Shown piece after piece: positions 11,502 through 25,121 of a stretch of 43,097 nucleotides of DNA. Numbering within the stretch: the stretch's first letter is position 1; every line of letters starts with the position of its first letter. Under the pieces are notes generated by a model, which saw only the letters and a program-made list of their open reading frames with translations, did no database searches and was not told the origin of the DNA. The DNA lies in assembly GCA_016618085.1 (NCBI GenBank), contig JABLTG010000160.1, forward strand, positions 1-43,097, read 5' to 3'. Made by a program: the position numbers and the translations under genes. Source of the stretch: Neovahlkampfia damariscottae (lineage: Eukaryota).

Positions 11502-13743
11502 TTATTGTTTTAATATCAATTCTTTATCATATTGTCTTAATTGTTTTCCAAAACTTGGATTTGGTTGAATTAGCGAACGTTTTGAATGAACAAATTCATA
11601 AACTTTGTCGTATCTCTCTTCTTTTGTTGTCATTATATAAGCAATAACAGTTGAAGCTGATCTACTAACACCAGCAACACTTTAAAAAATTATTAATTAT
11701 TTCATTTTTTCCCTTACCAATGTACTAAAATGCATCCCTTCTTTTCAAAAGCTAAATCCATAAATTCAAAACATTTTGGAAAATGATCTTTCAAATTAGT
11801 TGCACTTGAATCACTCATTGGAATCGAAAGATATGTAAAATCCTAAGTTTAAAGTTCAATTTAATATTTTTTCGTACATTTGGATAAAGAGCTACACATT
11901 CTTTTGCTACGTTCAAAATATGAGCTTTAAAAGATTAATATTAAATATTACATACTTATTCCTAACTCTTTTAGATTTCTTCTATTTGAAGCGGAAATAT
12001 ATGATCCCAAAAATAGACCATCAATAATTTGATTTGGTGATTCAAATGAATTTGAAAATTTTACATTTTGATTCTTTTCCCAATTCTGAATAAAAACATC
12101 ATCTAAATCTAATAATTTTGGTGAATTTTGAGAAATATTAATAAATTCAAGTTTTGAAAGTGATATCATTTCTTTTGGAATTGTTTCAAGTTCGTTGGAT
12201 TTTATTGAAAAATAATTTAAATCTGATAAATTTTCTATTGATTTTGAAATGTTTTGAATTAAGTTATGATCAAAATTCAAATACTATAATATTAGTATTT
12301 TAATTAATTTACTTTTAAAGATTTAATTTCAAATAATGAATCTGGTACTTGTTCTAAAATATTTTTTTGAAAATCTAATAATTCTAAATTTGAAATTTCA
12401 TTAAAATCTTTTGGAATTTCTTTAATTTCATTGTTTTCAACTTTCAAAATTTTTAAATTTTTTAAATTTGAAATAAAGTCAATATTTTTAATTTTATTAA
12501 ATCCAACTTCCAAAATTTCTAAATTTTTAAATTTTTTAATTGTTTCAATAGTATCAATTTCATTATTAAATAATTTTAATTCAATTAAATTTTCTAAATT
12601 TTCAAATTTTTGCGAAATTTTTTTTATTTGATTATTGGACATATTTAAATATTTTAAATTTTTTAAATTTTGAAAAGAATCAGGAATTTCTTTAATTTGA
12701 TTTTTTGATAAATCTAAATGTGTCAAATTTGACATTGATGATAAATCATCAGGTATTTCAACAATTTTATTTAAAGTAGAATTTAAAATAATTAATGATT
12801 TAATTTTAAATAAAGAATTAATTTCTAATAAATCTGATCTTGAAACATCAATCTGTTCAAGATTTAATAATTTTGTTGAAATTAAATTTGGAATTGATTT
12901 TAAATTTTCATTGGATACTAAATTTAATTTTTTTAAATTTTTTAATTCCAAAATCGAAATTGGAAATTCATTTAAAGAACATTTAGATATTCCTAAATCT
13001 TCAATTAATTTTAAATTTGAAATTGAATTCGAAATTGTTTTTAATTCGTTATTATTCAATTGTAAATTTTTTAATTTTGTAAATCTTGTTAATCTTGTCG
13101 GAAATTGTGTCATATAATTACTTGATAAATCTAATTCTTCTAAATTAATTAAAACTTCATTCTTTTTTAAATTTTCAAAAAATCCAAATGAAACTTCTTT
13201 TAATTTATTATAACCAAGATTTAATTTTTTTAGTTTCATCAATTTATTGATATTTGAAGGCCATTGATTCAAATTATTAAATCTTAAATTTAATTCTTCT
13301 AAATTTATCAATTGACAAATAAAATTTGAAGGAGCTGTTTCAATTTCATTTCGATTTAATAATAATATTTTTAAATTTGGAAATTTTAAGAATATTGATG
13401 GTATAATTCTGAGTTTATTACTTGTTAAATCTATTTCTTCAATTAAATTCAAATCATCAAAGGTATCAAACTTAAAAAAAGTTATATTTCAAAAAAAAAA
13501 AAAAGAAACATTCATACTGGTATTTGATATAAATTATATTCATCCAACTTAGTTTCGGAGTCATCAGTGGTTTTAAAATTCAGATTTTTTGATTTTTCAG
13601 TTTTACATCTTTCTACCTCATCTAAAATATATTTTAGTTTCTTTTTTTTAATTTGATTTTGAAAAAAAACTTACTTCAGGCAGTGGTTTGTCATCAACTA
13701 ATTTTATGTCAATAGTTTCGTGTTGTGAAGGACTATTGAACAT
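11502..13743 (-). CDS. LRR-containing dual-specificity protein phosphatase (multi-exon)
   Basis: Many LxxLxLxxNxL repeats, then IIDGLFLGS and spliced VHCVAGVSRSASTVIAYIM...IQPNPSF. Confidence 0.9.
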
Positions 13744-13913
13744 GAGGTCGAAGTTTATCCAATGAAACTGAAAAGAAAATTCCACCAATAGATTCAATCA
13801 ACGGTTTTTCGTTTGAGATGTCAACGTGATAACTGAATCCGACAACCGGATAACCGAATTCATGGTTATAAAAACAACCAACTTTTTTGACAGCACACTC
13901 AGAAAAAACCAAG

Positions 13914-14869
13914 ATGAATCAATTTATCACTTACATTTTAATTATCGCTTGCTTATCACTCACTTGCTCTGCTCAATTTGAACCATTTCCAAACATCACA
14001 ATCAAACAAAGTGCATTAGATGTCATTAAATTTTGGACTGAAGAAAGAATTGCCAGCGCCAAACCAATGGATATTCCAATTGCTCCTTTCTTGGAAAAAA
14101 TAAAACAAACAAAACCAAACTCAGTTGATCCTTTAGCTACAAATATTGTTCGTTCATCTTACTCAAATAGTCCTTACAAAGTTGCTGGTAAATTATACTT
14201 CACTTCGAACGGAAAACAATCTTCATGCACGTAAGTTGATAGTTTTGATTTTTTACAATTATTTAGTGCATCAGTTCTTGGAACAGATATTCTTTTGACG
14301 GCTGGTCATTGTGTTCATGATGGAAAATCAAAATTTCATACAAATGTGATGTTTATTCCTCAATATAAAGGTGGTCAACAACCATTGGGTAGATGGACAG
14401 GTGTAAGATTATATACAACTGCTGGATGGGGTAGAGGAAATGGTGGAGGTTTTGCAAGAGATGTGGGTGTTGTTAAATTATCAAAAAACAATGGAAGAAC
14501 AATTTATCAAGCAGTGGGAGCAAAACTCACACCAATTTATAATACAGGTCGTAATTTAAGTAAATTAAATATCAATAATATTAAATTTCTATAGATGTTA
14601 GAGCACTTGGTTATCCAGGAAATATTGGAGGAGGATCAAGTATGGTTGAAAGTACTGGAAGAATGAGCACAGGGTCATCTTATACACCACCTACAGTTAA
14701 AATACCTTCAACAATGACATTTGGTGCTTCAGGAGGTCCATGGGTTGTCAATAATTTACAAGTAAATGGTTTGAATTCACATATTCTTTCAAATCCATCA
14801 CAATATATGTATAGTCCTTATTTTGATAATACAATTAAAAGATTAATTGATTATGCAACAACTCGGTAA
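13914..14869 (+). CDS. Secreted trypsin-like (V8/S1B-type) serine protease (3 exons)
   Basis: Signal peptide, FWT.ER...A.P propeptide, TAGHC, RDVG and GASGGP. Introns 14231-14266 and 14560-14594. Confidence 0.9.
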
Positions 14870-14887
14870 ATAAAAACTTTACTTCCA

Positions 14888-15964
14888 ATGAACTTCCAGG
14901 ATTTTCTAATTGGTCAACCTCAGAGGATGAGAGTGACAAAAGTAAATCCAAAGAATGAAGAAAATAATTGTCCTTTGCCAAGATGTGGACATAAAATGGT
15001 ATATTTAAATTCTAAGATTTATCTTTTTGGTGGAAATACTTTTCTACCAGAAGAACAAAATGGAAGTGAACTTTGGAGTTTTCATACAATAAATTTGAAA
15101 TGGAATCTGGAAAATAAATTAAGAGAAAACTTTTCAAATTATGGATTTGGATATTCTATGGTTATTTATCAAAATCAAATATTTACATTTTCCGGAAAAA
15201 TTGGAATGGTATCTGAACCATTTATTCATTGTTATGACTTTGAAAATTGGAAAATTTTAGAAACAAAAAATGAAACATTTCCAAGATTTTGTCATAGTTC
15301 AATTGTTTTTGAAAATAAAATGTATATTTTTGGAGGAAAAGCAGGAGAAAATTTTGAAAATTTGAATGATACAATTTATTTTGATTTTGATTTAAAAACA
15401 TGGTTTACAATTGAAGTTAAAGACGATTTTAAACCAGAACCAAGATATTTTCATAGTTCAATTGTTTTTGAAAATTTTATGTATATTTATGGTGGATTTG
15501 ATGGAAGTTGTTTTTTTTCCAATATTCATAAATTAAATTTAAAAACTAATCAATGGACAAAAATTGAAAAAAAAAAAATTGAACCTATCAAAAGGAGATC
15601 CCATTCTTCATCACTTTTTAATTCAAAAATGTATATATTTGGAGGTATTTTATTTCTATTTAATCAATACATTACAGGTTTTGATGGTTATGAATTTTTA
15701 AATGATCTGTGGTGTTTCGATTTAAAACAAGAAAATTGGAAAGAGATTAATATTGAATTTCCACCTGAAAAAAGAAGATTTCATTCAGTTTGTACATTTG
15801 AAAATGGATTTTATATTTTTGGTGGATTCAAAGAAAATAGAAGTAATTTATTAGGTGACTTGATTAAATTTGAATCAACTGAAAGATCATTTGAATCAAT
15901 ACTCTTTAGAAATGGTAATTATTTTGATTGTATAATTCAATTTGATAATATTTTTGTAAATTAA
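14888..15964 (+). CDS. Kelch-repeat protein
   Basis: Repeated PR.[CF]H....YIFGG. Probable in-frame 33-nt intron at 15645-15677. Confidence 0.92.
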   Translation: MNFQDFLIGQPQRMRVTKVNPKNEENNCPLPRCGHKMVYLNSKIYLFGGNTFLPEEQNGSELWSFHTINLKWNLENKLRENFSNYGFGYSMVIYQNQIFTFSGKIGMVSEPFIHCYDFENWKILETKNETFPRFCHSSIVFENKMYIFGGKAGENFENLNDTIYFDFDLKTWFTIEVKDDFKPEPRYFHSSIVFENFMYIYGGFDGSCFFSNIHKLNLKTNQWTKIEKKKIEPIKRRSHSSSLFNSKMYIFGGILFLFNQYITGFDGYEFLNDLWCFDLKQENWKEINIEFPPEKRRFHSVCTFENGFYIFGGFKENRSNLLGDLIKFESTERSFESILFRNGNYFDCIIQFDNIFVN

Positions 15965-16046
15965 AAATTTGATGATGAACCAATAAAGATGTTCTTTTTT
16001 TTGATCCAATCAATTTCAGTTTGAAAAACAAAAGTCGAAAAAAAAC

Positions 16047-17232
16047 ATGAAGCGAATCGAAAAAGAATGTTTTGATGATCCAACAGAAGAAGAAAGTACC
16101 ATTAAATCACCAAGACAAAAGATAATTTCTTTGGAATTTTCAAAAATAAAAACCAACTTTAAAAGAATGTACAATAACTGCGAGTACTCTGACGTAAATT
16201 CCTTTCAAATTTTAAAACTATAAGATTAAATTCAAATTTCCAAAAACTTCAAATACACTGTACGGTCATAAAGTGATACTTGGATCAAATTGCGAATATT
16301 TTGATAAGTTATTTAAAAGTGGAATGAAAGAAGATAAAAGAGGAGAAATTATAATTGAAGATGAAGATGAAAAATCATTCAAAAAATTAGTTTACTTCAT
16401 ATACACAGGAGAAATCATTTATGAAACAATGAATGATTTGTTATCATTAAAATTACTTTCAAATAAATATATGGTCAATGAAATTGATGAATTAATCTCA
16501 AAGAACTCAAATTCAATTGAATTATTAAATGGAATGGTTGAATGGGTAAATTGTGATTTAAAAAGAAGATATGAATTATTTGATTCATTAATCTCAAATA
16601 TTGATTTTAAAAAAATATCACATGTTGAACTAAAAGAGATTTATGATTCAAATGAATGGATATCAGAACATCCTACTTTTTTAAACACATTTTTGAAGAA
16701 ATTAATATCACAAGTATTTAGAACTACTTCATTCAATCCAAGTTTATGTTCTCCTACCATTGATTTATCTTTTAATAACACAAGAGCAACATTCAATGGA
16801 AGTGGTTGGAAAGGGACAATTCTTTGCAGTATGTTTTTTTTTTTGAAAAATTGAATTTTCTTTGCAATAGCAAAATCTGAGAAATGGGCTGTTAGATTAG
16901 TTTGTAAATGTACACGATTAATGGTTGGATTAGCAACAACATCATTTCATAGAGAAGGTAATAATTATTCAAGAAATGGTTATTATTTTTATTTGTACAA
17001 TGGAACATTGAATTCATCTGTTGGTGATGATGATAAGGAATATTATAATCAAAATGCAAATCAAGATGGATCAATAATTGGTGTTCATTATGATGAATCA
17101 TCAGGAAATATCACATTTTATTTGAATGGTAAAAACTTAGGAATTGCTTATAAAAATGTTACTGGAGATTTGTATCCAGCATTTGATTTTTATGGAACTG
17201 GAGCATGTATTGAATTAGTTCCATTTCAATAA
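16047..17232 (+). CDS. BTB/POZ plus SPRY(B30.2) domain protein (3 exons)
   Basis: YSD.../GHKVIL...EYFDKLFKSGMKE...FIYTGEI, then MVGLA...IIGV...ITFYLNGKNLGIAY...LYPAF. Confidence 0.88.
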
Positions 17233-17308
17233 TGTAAGTTGATAAGAATAATGAAATCACAAAGAGATGATATTTGATTGTTCAAGTTATGAAAGAATAG
17301 TTAATTTA

Positions 17309-18026
17309 TTAGAGTCCAAGTATTTTCTTTTTCTTTTCATTGAATTCTTGTTCTGTGATCAATCCATGTTTTTTCATTAAAGCTAAACCTTCTAAATCTT
17401 CAAGAGTTGATCCAAATTCATTGTTCAATAGTTCATCTTCATCTCTTATTTTCCATTTTTCCAGACCAGGTGTATTACATTTTGTACAAATCGGTTTTCC
17501 ATCTTTTAAAGCAATCTTTTTATCAGTAAAAGCTTTGTTACAAAAGTTACATTTAAAGCAATCTTTATGGTAATACCCACCTTGGAATAACATTCCTTTT
17601 CCTCCTTCAATAGTTTTTGAGCATGTTGTGCAATATTTTGGAGCTTTTGAAGCTTGAATATCAAATTAAAAAATCTAAAAAATATATTACTATTTGATGT
17701 TTGAATACAAAATCCACACATAAATTTGTTGTTTGAAAGATGGTATTCTTTTTCAAGTCTTTTATTGCAATTTGAGCAAGTAAAGCATTTTTGATGAATT
17801 ATATTTCCATTAACTTTGATACCTTGTGAAAGAACGTCTCCTTTACCTATTTAAAATATAAAAAAGATGAAAAATTACAAGAATGACATTTTCCAAGAGA
17901 TTTTGATGAAGTTGTAGTTGTACCGACTCTTTTAGTTGTGTCTTTTTCACCCATCATTTCCATAAGAGAGCTATCAGTTACATTACCACTGAGGAATTGA
18001 TTTGAAAGGTAATGGTCTTTGGACAT
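17309..18026 (-). CDS. LIM-domain protein with C-terminal SHOCT-like motif (3 exons)
   Basis: Two LIM Cys/His patterns (H..CF.C..C...C..C). C-terminus LMKKHGLITEQEFNEKKKKIL. Confidence 0.85.
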
Positions 18027-18097
18027 GTTTTTTCTTTCAGTCAAGTTTTGATTGGAGAAGTGGAAAAAGTCCGTTAATATGATGATTGGTTAAATAT

Positions 18098-21000
18098 TTA
18101 TTTTGAAAAACTAGCAACTGTAATAGATTTATATTTTTCAGCAACTTCATTTTCCCATTCAGATAATAATTGTTGTTGTTGTTGACCTTCTCCTTTTGAA
18201 TTTAATAAAGCAGCTAAACTAAATTCTTTTGCTGATTTCAAAGATTCCCTTGTTGTATTTCCATCAAACAAAAAGAAAGAAATAATTGCAACTGAACTAT
18301 GATCATTCTTTAATATTCTTTCTTCTTTTAAATCTTTCAATTTTTGTGAATTTTGATATTTTGCATAATGAACAACTAAATTATTCAAACCTAAATTTGA
18401 AATATCAAATGCTCTTCTAAAACTCTTTTCTGCAATATCTTTTTGATTTAACATTTCTGCTTTTGATCCTATTCTGATATATAAATATCCCAATTCTCTA
18501 TTTGTCACTTTTAAAGAAGAAGGGTAAGAAAACCATCTCGAGAAATTACTTACAATTGTCATATCTATATTGTTCAATTTGTGAAATTGTTTCAAATGCA
18601 ACATCTACTAATCCATGTTCAATACATAATGTTAATTTTTTAGAAGGTGATAGTGTTTCAATTTTACATGCTTCTTTATTATATCCTCTTGCACATAAAA
18701 AGTCAGCCAAAGAATCATGTAATTCTTCATGAATAAATGGTAACCATTCAAGTGCTCTACCAATGCATCCAGCAACAACTAAAATTCTAAATTTAAGTGA
18801 AGGATGTGAAATTGGTATTTTATGTAATTCTGTATTACAATCCATAGTTATTAAACTAAATATATGAATAATAATGAGTATTTCTTACTTATTTCCAACA
18901 ACATCAACTAAATTTACAGGTGCTTTTGGTTTTAATTCTGGAATTGGATCCATTCCTGTATCTTCACCTCCTTCTTCAGGATTACAACCATATCTAACTA
19001 AATCATATGAAGCCAAAACAACTTGATCAATTTTATCATTTAATGGAAATACTGCTTTAATATCCATACTTGTTGATAAAAATAAAGTTGAATTCCACCA
19101 AATTGCATCTTCAATTTTTTCTTTTACATAACATTTTACCTTAAATATTGGATGATATGAAAATACAGCATATGAATCTTCAAATACTAATACACATCCA
19201 AAACTTAATTTATCCCATGCAATTTGTTTTGGTTTTGGTAAAAATCCTCCTTGACTTTGTTGTCCATTCCATTGAATAAATTGAAAACAAATTTCATTTT
19301 GACTTTCAAATTCTAATCCAATCAATCCACCACCAAATAATCTTTTCACAGATTCTAATGTTTCAAAATTTTCAAGAATAGGTTTTATACTTTAAGATGT
19401 TAATTTTCTAAATCAAACTTTTTATCAACTACTTTATAAACTGATAATCTTTTTGAATTATTTTCAAATTTTAAAAATGCAAATGTATCTGCTTGTAAAC
19501 CCCAAACAATATCTTTAATATTTTGTCCTGATCCTAAAACTTTCCATTCATCACAATCATATAACTCATAATCATGTGAAATTACATCTAATAAATATAA
19601 ATATCGACCAGATGGAGAAACACCAATTTTTACATTTCCTTTGAATGAAATTTCTTTAATTTTTTTAGGTTGACCATAATTTTCACTATAAGGAGTAATT
19701 TGTTAAAAAAATATATTTCTTCTTCTTACGACACGTTTACTACCTTTTTATATAAAACTGATTTTTCAACATAATAAAGACTTTGTTCAGGTTTGTCATC
19801 TGGAAGTCCAACATACATATATTTTGGTTTTATACCATCAAAAATAGGATCATTATTACGTGGTGTTGTATTTGTACTTGGTGTTGGTGTCTTTTTAGTT
19901 GTTTTTTTTTTCTTTTTTCTTCCAAAGATTCCAATTTTTTTTTTTTTTGTATTTTCTTCAGGAGTATCAAACATACCCATTTCTTCTTCTGGTTCTTCAT
20001 CCTCAGAATCTTCTTCTCCAACTTTTTTAACACTTGGTAAATTTGGTACAACTTTTCTTTCTTTTGGAAGTTCAACAGATATTTCTTTTTGAGTGACAAT
20101 TTCTTCAGATGGAATGGATAATTGTGGTGGTATTTCCATTTCATTTGTAACTTTTTCATCTCCAGGTGTTGTCATTTCTGGCTCATTTGGAACAGAAAAA
20201 GATGGTTGTTTTGGAATTGATATTTTTGGTTCTTCTATAATAGTTTCTTCTTCTTCTTCTTCTTCTTCATCTTCAGGTAAAAATAATGCTTTTGACATTG
20301 GCAATTTTCTTCCTCCATCCCTTTTATTGTTAAATTTATATTTTTAATTACATTTTAAAAATTAAAATACCATTTGTTGTTGAAACAAAAAATGTATCAA
20401 GTTTCAAAGGATGTGCAATAAGTTGTTGTGTTTTTGCTTTTTGTTTCACCCAGTTTGAATCTGTAACTATTTTATACAAGTCAAATTGATGTAATTCTTC
20501 ATCTTCTAATGTTGAAATGATTGAATATATTTTTGAGTTTTGAGCAGTCATAAAAAACCACTGAGGAAGATAATTAATTGTTGAAATCATATCAAATGTT
20601 TTCATTGGTGTTTTTTCTGTGAACTTTACTACTTTAAATACATTTCCAGTGGCAGCACGACGAATTTGAATAGTTTTATCACTTCCCAAAGTTAAAATAG
20701 TTCCATTTTTTAGATCATAAACCATATCAACAATTGTAGTTGATGAAGAATCAAAAGGTTTTGATACTTTAAATTCAGCAACACTTTTTTCTAAATTCCA
20801 AGAACAAAGAGCACCATCTTGACCATATGTAAGTAATGAAGGTAAAAAGTTTAAAGGGTCAATTCTAATCACTACAATCATTTTTAAGATTGATTTTGAG
20901 TGTGCTTGTATTTTTCTATCATTTTCTACTTGACCAGTGGAATAATTCCAAAATCTAATAGCTCCATCAGAACAACCCAATGCTTATAAATCATTTTTAA

Positions 21001-21732
21001 TTTTTTTTTTTTTTTCTTACCAACCAAAGGTAAATTGTATAAAAATTCAAAAGTAACTATGGTTTTATTTTCAAGTTGTGAACTTTTTACTTCATCAAAA
21101 ATATATCCAGAAGTATCTTCATCATATTTAAAGAGAGTAAATCTTGTATCTGTTTGAATAGCGATACACCTAGGTTCTCTTCTAGGGTTATATTTTAATC
21201 TTTTTGTTAAACGTAATTTTTCACCAGAAACTTTTGATTTGAAACTTTGTTGTGTTGCTATACTTCCAGCAAAACTTGTATTTATTATTATTTTAGAGAG
21301 AATTGAATCTTTTTTTGAACCTTCAGCAAACTCCATGTTTTGAATTTTCCAATAAATAATATCTGGGTCATACAATTTTATTTTTTTAATTTCACCAACT
21401 TTATCAAGTTTTAAATACTTTTATCTTTTTTAAAAATTTATAGTTTTTACGTGTTCATCATATTCTGGTAAAGTGATATTGTTATAACTTTTTTCAAGCA
21501 TTTTTAATATATTTATTTCTTGTTTTTTTGAATCATAAATTGATAAAAGAGAAAATTGATGAAGGATTGTTTCCTCTTCATAATCGTACAAAACGACGTT
21601 AGAATTTGATTTTTTTTCGGAAAATAGGATCCATGGTTTCACTGGGTGAATATCCATGAGTGCTATATTCGTTTTAGTGAAACATGATTGAAGAAACGTC
21701 GGCTCGAACAACTTGGTTTCTTTTTCGTTCAT
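18098..21732 (-). CDS. TSET/TPLATE complex WD40 coat subunit (TTRAY/TWD40-1-like, multi-exon)
   Basis: IHPVKPWI, KIKLYDPDIIYW, GCSDGAIRFW and SHPSLKFR...HDSLADFLCARGY resemble my recollection of plant TWD40-1. Beta-propellers plus solenoid. Confidence 0.75.
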
Positions 21733-21897
21733 CGTAACTGACCAATCATTTCAAACTAGTCTTTTATTTTTTGTGGAATTGAATTTTTTGTTGAAAAATG
21801 ACAATAAAGTATATTTTTTGTGGTTTTCTTTGATTTTTTTGAAAAGCCAATCAAATTTGATTAAACTTCATTTTCTTTATCACAACCAAAACACAAC

Positions 21898-23088
21898 ATG
21901 TCTTCAAAAAGGGAACAAAAGAAAATGAATGATAAACAATCTAAAATGGATCAAGCAAAAGAGGAGGAAGAAAAAAAAATTAGAGAACTGAGGCAAGAAA
22001 TGGCTCAAGCACAAGGAATTTCAACAGAAGGAGATGAACTTTCAAACGACCCATCAATGTCATGGATGTATAAGCAAAAAACAGAAGAAAATCCAGAGGA
22101 CCTGCTGCTCGGAAAGAAAAAAGTTCAACCTAGATTTTTTGTTGAAGAATATTTTAGAATAAAAGAAAAAGAAGTTCCAGGAGCTCTTTTCATTGATACA
22201 TCGAAATACAGTGGACCTGAAAGAGATAATATTTTGCAAAATTTGGACACATTCGCCAAAGATAGAGTAATTCATTTCTTGTAATTTTTAAATTCTTTAT
22301 AGGAAGATCCATTGGCCTTTATTCAAAGTGCACAGACTCAAGCAATGCAAAAAGCGTTACAAGAGTCAAAAAAATTAAAAGAAATTGAAAAACTTGAAAA
22401 AAAAATGAAAAAACAAGAAAAAAAATTAAAAAAAGAAAAGAAAAAAGAAAAAAAATATAAAAAAGAAAAATCAATGTCTCCAGAAAGAAATATATCAAAA
22501 TCACCTGAAAGAAAAAGAAAATATTCAAATGATTCAGATTCAGATTACGAAAGAAGAAGACGAAGATTTTCACCTGAACATCGAAGAAGGTATTCAAGAT
22601 CACCAGAAAGAAAATACAAAAAACGATATGATGACTCTGATTCGGAAAATGAAAGATATGTAAGAAGAATAAGAAGAAGAGAATCACCCTCAAGATATTC
22701 AAGGTCACCAGAACGAAGAAGACGATATTCAAGATCTCCTGAATATAAAAGAAGAAGAAATTACTCTCCAGAGTATAAAAAAAGAAGGGATTATTCATCA
22801 GAAGAATACAGAAAAAGATCTCCTCAAAAAAATTTTGAAAATAAAAAACCAAGATTGACTGAAGAAGAGAAACAACAAAGATTGGAGGAAATGACAAATA
22901 GAAGTAAAAAAATACAAGAAGAAAGAAATCAAACAACAAGTCAGAACAGAGAGAAATCAGAAATAGGAGAAGAAAAAGATCAACAAAATTTTTTGAATGA
23001 TATGAAGAAGAATGTGTACTTAGGAAGTAATTTTTCAGTTGAGGATAGGATTAAGAGAAATATGCATTCAATTCAAAAAAAGTTTTGA
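21898..23088 (+). CDS. CWC25: Pre-mRNA splicing factor Cwc25 (2 exons)
   Basis: EEKKIRELRQE, MSWMY, EDLLLGK, spliced K.REDPL, RS-rich tract, LTEEEKQQRLEEM and SVEDRIKRN. Confidence 0.88.
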
Positions 23089-23099
23089 AAAAGAATTGT

Positions 23100-23663
23100 T
23101 TATTCTTCATCATCTTCTTTTGATTCTTCTTTCAAGAAATTTAAATCTTTTGAATCTTTGAAGTCATTGAACCACCAATTTTTGAATGCTTCCCACTATA
23201 GAAAAATTAAATACTATATTTGTTTTTACTTCGATAACTTCTTCGTTATCTTTTTTTGTCGTTCCAATTTTTTTCAAAATTTTTGAACAATCTTCGTCTG
23301 TTAAATCTTTCAATCCAACGTCTCCTGCTTCATTTACATCTGTCATCAAAAACTTTTTAAAAGAAACATTAAAGGAAGTAACTCAAACTTTTAAGTCTTT
23401 TGATTTCATTTTTGTCCCATCATCAATGCAGTAATAATGAAAGATCTTTTTTATCAATAATTCTTCAATGTTATCATGATCTGCCATTTGAGCGATACCT
23501 AAAGTTTGATCAGTAAGATCACAAATTTAAACTTACCCAACACATCACGAAACAGATTTCCACTTGGTTTAATTTCGAAGAATGTCAAGACTGGTTCTAT
23601 ATTTTTTTTAAAGTATTCTGATTCAGGTGACAAAACGAAACTTGCTCTCTTGTTGTTCAACAT
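23100..23663 (-). CDS. Small hypothetical, possibly degenerate EF-hand protein (4 exons)
   Basis: Spliced ORF ...KIFHYYCIDDGTKMKSKDLK...ILKKIG...IEWEAFKNWW. Confidence 0.55.
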
Positions 23664-23773
23664 TTTTTTGCAGTTGATTTGATTGGCGAAAAAACCAAAA
23701 TAGAGGTTCTAATAAAGGTTCAATCTGCCAAAAACACCAATTTAAGAAATTTTATTTCCAAAATAAAAATGTT

Positions 23774-25121
23774 TCATTTTTTAACGTCAAACTCACTATA
23801 AATAGAAACATGATCTGAGCACTTTAACTCATTCGGAAATTTTTCATTTTCATTCAAATCCATAACTTGCGTCAAATAAATATCATTTGAATAAAATATA
23901 TAATTATTCAAATTTAAAACTTTGTCATTTTGTAATTTGTATGACAAAATTTTCCCAAAACCAGTTTTATAAGCATCCTTTAAAGTTGTTTGATGTTCAT
24001 GTACCGAAGATAAAACTGAACCAGTTTCAATGTATTCATAAGCTGATGAATACGAATCTGATTTAAAATCACAACATATCACAATAGGTAATGTATAAAT
24101 TGAATCTTTAGGTTGTTCTTTTTTTCTTATATCTTCAAGTGAATTTATAAAAACAACTGCCTCATAAAATGATTGTTCTGTTGAAAATTGTGCATTTGCG
24201 ATCAAAACTCTTTCTGATGCACCTTTTATTGTATCTTTAAATTCTAATAATACAATCAAACCAAAATTATTTTCTTTCATCTTCACTCGACTAAATATTT
24301 TTGGTACTGCATCCTCAAAATCAATTAACTATTTGAATTAATTATAAAATTTCTTTACCCATGATTTGATTAAATGAAATTTAACTCTTCTAAAAAATAT
24401 TCCATTTATCAATGGAAACTCGTTGGCTTTTGATTTTTCAGGAATATACGAAGAAAATCCACATTTTGAATATTCCAATTCAAATTCTTTTTGATGTTTC
24501 GTTGGTATTTCTTGTAAACAAATAATATCTCCTTCCAAACTTAGTATTTCAGAATTAATAACATTCCTTCGATAAATCCATTGAACAGCATATGTTGGTA
24601 AATATTCTTTATAATTTTCAATTCTCTCTTGATCTGTAATATTGTAATTTACCTTGTTTGGAAAAATAAAAAAAAGAAGAAATTTACAATTCGAAAAAGT
24701 GTTGTTCCAAAATAGTCTTTTGGTCCATCACTTTCTGGCTTTTCAATTGATAAAACAAATCTATCTTGATCAACAGTTGGAAATGAAATTGTTGGTTCAG
24801 TCTCAATAACTTTAACTATTGGATCTCCACTATTTGAATACAATTTGCACTGAAATTCTAATTTATTTCCTATATCTCTTTCAATAGGTTTATATTCAAT
24901 ATTTTGTCCAATTAGTGTTTTTTCTTTTATTTTAACAGAGTTTATGATAACTTACTTAAGTTCATTTGATCAACAGAGTACCATAAAAACTGTACTGGTG
25001 CAACCACTTTCAAATTAACAGTCGGCTTTATCGGTATTCCAACAATTGGAGTGGATTGACCAAATTCTAATTCGATAACTTTTTCACTCTTTGCTGAAGG
25101 TTGAAACAATAAATTTCCCAT
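23774..25121 (-). CDS. CCR4/PDE12-like EEP-fold protein with degenerate active site (4 exons)
   Basis: W.YR...I..EI...DIICLQEI, YIFY and SDH motifs, plus a PDE12/plant-CCR4-like N-domain. Confidence 0.75.

Noticed and set aside
22480..22830. Repeated TATTCAAGATCACCAGAA-like units and antisense Phe-rich ORF 22319-22939
   Set aside because: These encode the RYSRSPE repeats of Cwc25.
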